Below are positions 57,591-61,262 of a DNA stretch of 61,262 nucleotides, one piece after another (position 1 is the first letter of the stretch; each line of letters begins with the position of its first letter). The stretch is from an uncultured Ruminococcus sp. (GTDB lineage: Bacteria; Bacillota; Clostridia; Oscillospirales; CAG-272): assembly GCA_964579135.1 (NCBI GenBank), contig CAZOFD010000006.1, positions 1 through 61,262 on the forward strand, given 5' to 3'. The position numbers and the translations under genes were made by a program. The notes under the pieces are model-generated. The model was not told the origin of the DNA and made no database searches. It saw only the letters and a list, made by a program, of their open reading frames with translations.

Positions 57591-59435
57591 ATGTATTCTT
57601 CATCAATTTTGAAATCCGTTGCTCGCCCGGGACGTTATACGGGCGGCGAGTACGGAGAGATAATCAAAGATAAAAACTCCGTTGCGGCGAGATTCGCTTT
57701 TTGTTTCCCCGATGCATACGAGATTGGGATGTCGAATCTCGGTATGCGGATCTTATACGGTGCGCTTAATCGCGAGGAGAGCGTTTGGTGCGAACGCGTT
57801 TTTGCGCCGTGGACGGATATGGAAGCTAAAATGCGCGAAAAGGGGATACCGCTTGCCGCGCACGAAAGCGGTGATCCCGTAAAAGAATTCGATTTTCTCG
57901 GTTTTACGCTTCAATACGAGATGTGCTACACGAACGTGGTCAATCTTATCGATCTTGCGGGGCTGCCGCTTTTTGCCGCCGACAGAGGCGAGGAATATCC
58001 GATAGTGATAGGCGGGGGTCCCTGCGCGTATAACCCCGAGCCGTTGGCTGAGTTTTTCGATCTTTTCAATATCGGCGAGGGCGAGGAGATGCTGCCGCAG
58101 ATCGTTCGTCTGTATATTGATATGAAGTCGCGCGGAGCAACGAAAGCCGAATTTCTGCGTGAGGCGGCAAGAAGTATCGAGGGAGTGTACGTTCCGTCGC
58201 TGTACGAGGTGACGTACAACGACGACGGAACGATCGCCGAGTTCAGACCGAAGTTTGACGACGTGCCGTCCGTTATCAAAAAGCGTATAATAAAAGACGT
58301 AGATAAAGCGTATTTTCCCGAAAAGGTCGTAATGCCTTACGTCGAGGCAGTGCAGGATAGAATAATGCTCGAGGTCTTTCGCGGATGTATCCGCGGTTGC
58401 AGATTTTGCCAAGCGGGTATGGTCTGCCGCCCCGTTCGAGAAAAGACTCCCGAGACTCTGCTGAAACAGGCAAAATGCCTTTACGAAGCGACGGGATACG
58501 AGGAAATATCCTTGACGTCGCTCTCCATCTCCGACTATACGCGTTTGCCGGAGCTTACTGACGGTCTTATCGAATGGACGGACGGCAAAAAAGTCAGCCT
58601 CTCGCTCCCGTCTTTAAGGATCGACTCGTTTTCGCGCGAGCTTATGGATAAAGTCGCCTCCGTGCGTTCTTCGTCCATAACTTTCGCTCCCGAGGCAGGG
58701 ACGCAAAGGCTGCGCGACGTTATAAACAAAAACGTTACCGAAGAAGATCTTATGCGCTCCGCGGGAATTGCTTTCGAGGCGGGCAAAGAACAGGTAAAGC
58801 TTTATTTTATGAACGGATTGCCTACGGAAACTTTGGAGGACGTCGAGGGGATCGCCGCGCTTGCCAAGGCGACGGTCGAAAAGTTTTACGCGACGCCCGG
58901 ACACAGCCGCCGCTCACCGCAGGTGACCGTAAGCGTTTCCTGTTTCGTTCCCAAACCGTTTACGCCTTTTCAGTGGGAGGCGCAGGATACTATCGAAATG
59001 CTCGAACAAAAGCAGGAGCATCTGAAGTCTTGCATAAAAGACAAAAAGATCAGATATACGCATCACGATGCGAACGTTTCGCATATCGAGGCGGTTTTGG
59101 CACTTGGTGACCGAAGAATTGCCAAGGCTTTGGCACTCGGGCAAAAGCGCGGATTTAAATTCGACGCGTGGGACGAGTTTTTCGATTTCGAAAAATGGAT
59201 GGACGTTTTCGCCGATACCGGTATAGACACGTCTTTTTATGCCAACAGAAAGAGATCGACCGACGAGATCCTGCCTTGGGATATGATAGATTGCGGAGTT
59301 ACGAAAAGGTTTTTGCTGCGCGAGCGCGAGCGCGCATACGCGGAAAAGACTACTCCGTCGTGCCGCGAAGCGTGCTCCGCCTGCGGCGCAAATAAATTGG
59401 GAGGAGAACTGTCGTGTTGTCCGAAAACAAAGTAA
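57591..59435 (+). CDS. TIGR03960-like B12-binding radical SAM protein
   Basis: PGRYTGGE, FPDAYEIGMSNLG, GGP, RGCIRGCRFC (CxxxCxxC), SLPSLR, FAPEAG, FVPKPFTPFQW. Confidence 0.93.
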   Translation: MYSSSILKSVARPGRYTGGEYGEIIKDKNSVAARFAFCFPDAYEIGMSNLGMRILYGALNREESVWCERVFAPWTDMEAKMREKGIPLAAHESGDPVKEFDFLGFTLQYEMCYTNVVNLIDLAGLPLFAADRGEEYPIVIGGGPCAYNPEPLAEFFDLFNIGEGEEMLPQIVRLYIDMKSRGATKAEFLREAARSIEGVYVPSLYEVTYNDDGTIAEFRPKFDDVPSVIKKRIIKDVDKAYFPEKVVMPYVEAVQDRIMLEVFRGCIRGCRFCQAGMVCRPVREKTPETLLKQAKCLYEATGYEEISLTSLSISDYTRLPELTDGLIEWTDGKKVSLSLPSLRIDSFSRELMDKVASVRSSSITFAPEAGTQRLRDVINKNVTEEDLMRSAGIAFEAGKEQVKLYFMNGLPTETLEDVEGIAALAKATVEKFYATPGHSRRSPQVTVSVSCFVPKPFTPFQWEAQDTIEMLEQKQEHLKSCIKDKKIRYTHHDANVSHIEAVLALGDRRIAKALALGQKRGFKFDAWDEFFDFEKWMDVFADTGIDTSFYANRKRSTDEILPWDMIDCGVTKRFLLRERERAYAEKTTPSCREACSACGANKLGGELSCCPKTK

Positions 59436-60127
59436 CGTCGCAGTGTGCGCCCGAGGCGAGCACCACACCCGTGACCGTGCGTTTGCGATTCAAAAAGACG
59501 GGAAATCTGCAATATATTTCGCATTTGGATCTGCAAAGAACTTTTTTGCGCATTCTCACAAGGGCAAACCTGCCGCTTTGGTACACCCAAGGATTTAACC
59601 CGCACCCCAAACTCGTTTTTGCGCTGCCGCTGTCCATCGGGTGCGAGAGCGTGTGCGAGCTTGCCGACGTAAGGCTTGTAGGCGACGTCGACACGTCGGA
59701 GGTGCTGCAAAAATTGCGTCGAGCCTCCGTTCCGTCGCTTGAGTTTACGGATTGCTATATACCGAAAACCTCGTTTTCGGATATCGCGCTTGCAAAATAC
59801 ACCATTTTTATCGAATGTGCTTCGGCGCCTGCGATGGCGGAGAAGATAGAGAGAGTTCTCTCGACACCTCCGCTCGAGATCGTAAAAAAGACGAAAACCG
59901 GCGAGAAGACGCTGGATTTGACCGAGCTTTTGCGCGATTTTTCCGTTTGTCCGAGCGACGAGGGCTGCCATATCGATATTTTGTGTGCCGCGGGTAATGA
60001 GCAGAATCTCAACCCCGAGCTGCTTGTCGAAGCGCTTAAGAAAAAGCTTTTGCTTTTGAGAAACGAAGAAGAGTACGGCGTTATCCGCACGGACGTATGC
60101 ACGTCCGACGCGAACTCGTTCGAGTAA
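59414..60127 (+). CDS. TIGR03936-like radical SAM-associated protein (DUF2344)
   Basis: F.K.G...YISHLDLQR, GFNPHPK, ALPLSIG, KKTK. Overlaps the radical SAM gene. Confidence 0.92.
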   Translation: MLSENKVTSQCAPEASTTPVTVRLRFKKTGNLQYISHLDLQRTFLRILTRANLPLWYTQGFNPHPKLVFALPLSIGCESVCELADVRLVGDVDTSEVLQKLRRASVPSLEFTDCYIPKTSFSDIALAKYTIFIECASAPAMAEKIERVLSTPPLEIVKKTKTGEKTLDLTELLRDFSVCPSDEGCHIDILCAAGNEQNLNPELLVEALKKKLLLLRNEEEYGVIRTDVCTSDANSFE

Positions 60128-60332
60128 AAACTTGGTTTGTGTCGAGGCGCAAACAAGAACGCACGGCGAACGTTTTTTCGCACTGTTCGGCGTCGATTTT
60201 GCCGTCGGATCTCGTAGAGAGCACACAAAGCTCAACTCGTTCGTTTGGGCTTGGTCGGAAACTCAAAAACACGGTCAAGTTACGTATTTTGAGAAAAGAC
60301 GGTCAATTTCGAAAGAATTGCCCGAAAAACGC

Positions 60333-60361
60333 TTGCGATTCGGAAAGTTTTGTGTTATCAT
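60333..60361 (+). promoter_or_regulatory. Putative sigma-A promoter of the XRE regulator
   Basis: TTGCGA-N17-TATCAT with extended -10 TG. Confidence 0.55.
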
Positions 60362-60503
60362 TAGAGCAGCGGTGGTCTACTGACGGTAGAAATAGGTATT
60401 CGCAAAGTAGAGCTCGTTTTTAAGCCGCCTCGCGCTGCTTGCGCGGTTCAAATGCGTGTAAAATCGCCGCTTTAAATCGGACTCGTATTAGGGGGATGTT
60501 TTG

Positions 60504-61262
60504 ATGGACATCAACGATATTAAAAGGAACGTCGCCGACAATTTGGCGCGGTTGCGCTCCGCACACGGAATGACGCAGGCGTATCTTGCCGAAAAATTAA
60601 ATTACACGGATAAAGCCGTTTCCAAATGGGAGCGAGCCGAATCCGTACCCGACATAGCGGTTTTGAAACAGATCGCCGATACGTTCGACGTTACCGTAGA
60701 CTGGCTTATAAGTGAGCAAAAAGACGTTGCTCCCGTTATAAGCGAGGAGCGTATTCGCGCCAAAAAACGGAATAGATTTATAATATCGTTGCTTTCGGGC
60801 GTTGCGGTGCTTTTTATTGCCACAACCGTGTTTGTCGTGATGTCGATAGTCGGTGTGCCGCGAGCGGAACTTGCTTACATGTGGTCGATTCCCGCTTTGG
60901 CAATAGATTTTCTTGTGTTTAACGCCATATGGGGCAAATACAGCAGGAACTTTTTGTTTATAACCATTATAATTTGGGCTGTGCCCGCTGCCGTTTACAT
61001 AACTGTGGGAAATCCTAATCTTTGGTATCTGTTCTTTATATCCGTACCGCTGCAGATCGCCACGTTTTTTTGGTCGCAGATCGGTCACCCCAAAAAGCAT
61101 ACCGCGACACTCCGTGGCGAGAACTTGCGGCAAAACACCGACGCGACCGAGTCGGTGGGGGCGGTGGAGCCCGAGTGCGCGAGTGCGCAAGCCTCTCTCG
61201 ACACAGCTTCGGACGACGGGGCGGAGAACAACTCCGACGCGGATCGTGCGTCCCATACGTAA
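60504..61262 (+). CDS. XRE-family HTH regulator with four C-terminal TM helices
   Basis: LRSAHGMTQAYLAEKLNYTDKAVSKWERAESVPD HTH, then hydrophobic helices and an acidic tail. Confidence 0.92.
   Translation: MDINDIKRNVADNLARLRSAHGMTQAYLAEKLNYTDKAVSKWERAESVPDIAVLKQIADTFDVTVDWLISEQKDVAPVISEERIRAKKRNRFIISLLSGVAVLFIATTVFVVMSIVGVPRAELAYMWSIPALAIDFLVFNAIWGKYSRNFLFITIIIWAVPAAVYITVGNPNLWYLFFISVPLQIATFFWSQIGHPKKHTATLRGENLRQNTDATESVGAVEPECASAQASLDTASDDGAENNSDADRASHT

Noticed and set aside
60128-60330. 83-aa ORF and duplicated ACGGTCAA octamer
   Set aside because: No RBS or protein-like features, and the repeat is too short to distinguish from chance.
1-61262. CRISPR arrays, IS elements, prophage or defence islands
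   Set aside because: No regularly spaced repeats and no transposase, integrase or phage genes were seen. The content is housekeeping throughout.

Overview
A moderately GC-rich chromosomal window from a Clostridia-type (Bacillota) bacterium, judged from sigma-A promoters, a T-box leader, a lysine riboswitch, rbgA, pcrA and DUF1540. It is almost entirely core genome: tig-clpP-clpX; mnmA-apgM-lepB-rbgA-rnhB-yraN-thrC; secA, two membrane proteins and pcrA; a DUF1700/DUF4097 pair; trmB-truB; tRNA-Thr(GGT); tsaE-tsaB-rpiB-ispD-ispF-rpe; T-box-controlled pheST; gltX-metG; pncB; mscL; competence genes (comEC, a divergent MBL lipoprotein, comF); birA; pyk; an ABC transporter; DUF1643-xth; a frameshifted DUF11-like gene; lysine riboswitch-dapA-dapB-lysA; rlmB, a degenerate P-type ATPase-like gene and a radical SAM pair; and an XRE membrane regulator. 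I found no mobile element, prophage or CRISPR array. Best leads: (1) an apparently catalytically dead P1B-ATPase-like membrane protein with a long acidic N-terminus; (2) a MetRS with a heavily remodelled methionine pocket; (3) a DUF1643 protein with UDG/MUG-like motifs beside an AP endonuclease; (4) a ComEC with a degenerate nuclease domain facing an intact nuclease lipoprotein; (5) an ApgM-like candidate homoserine kinase linked to thrC. Family assignments come from motif recognition by eye, not from database searches.
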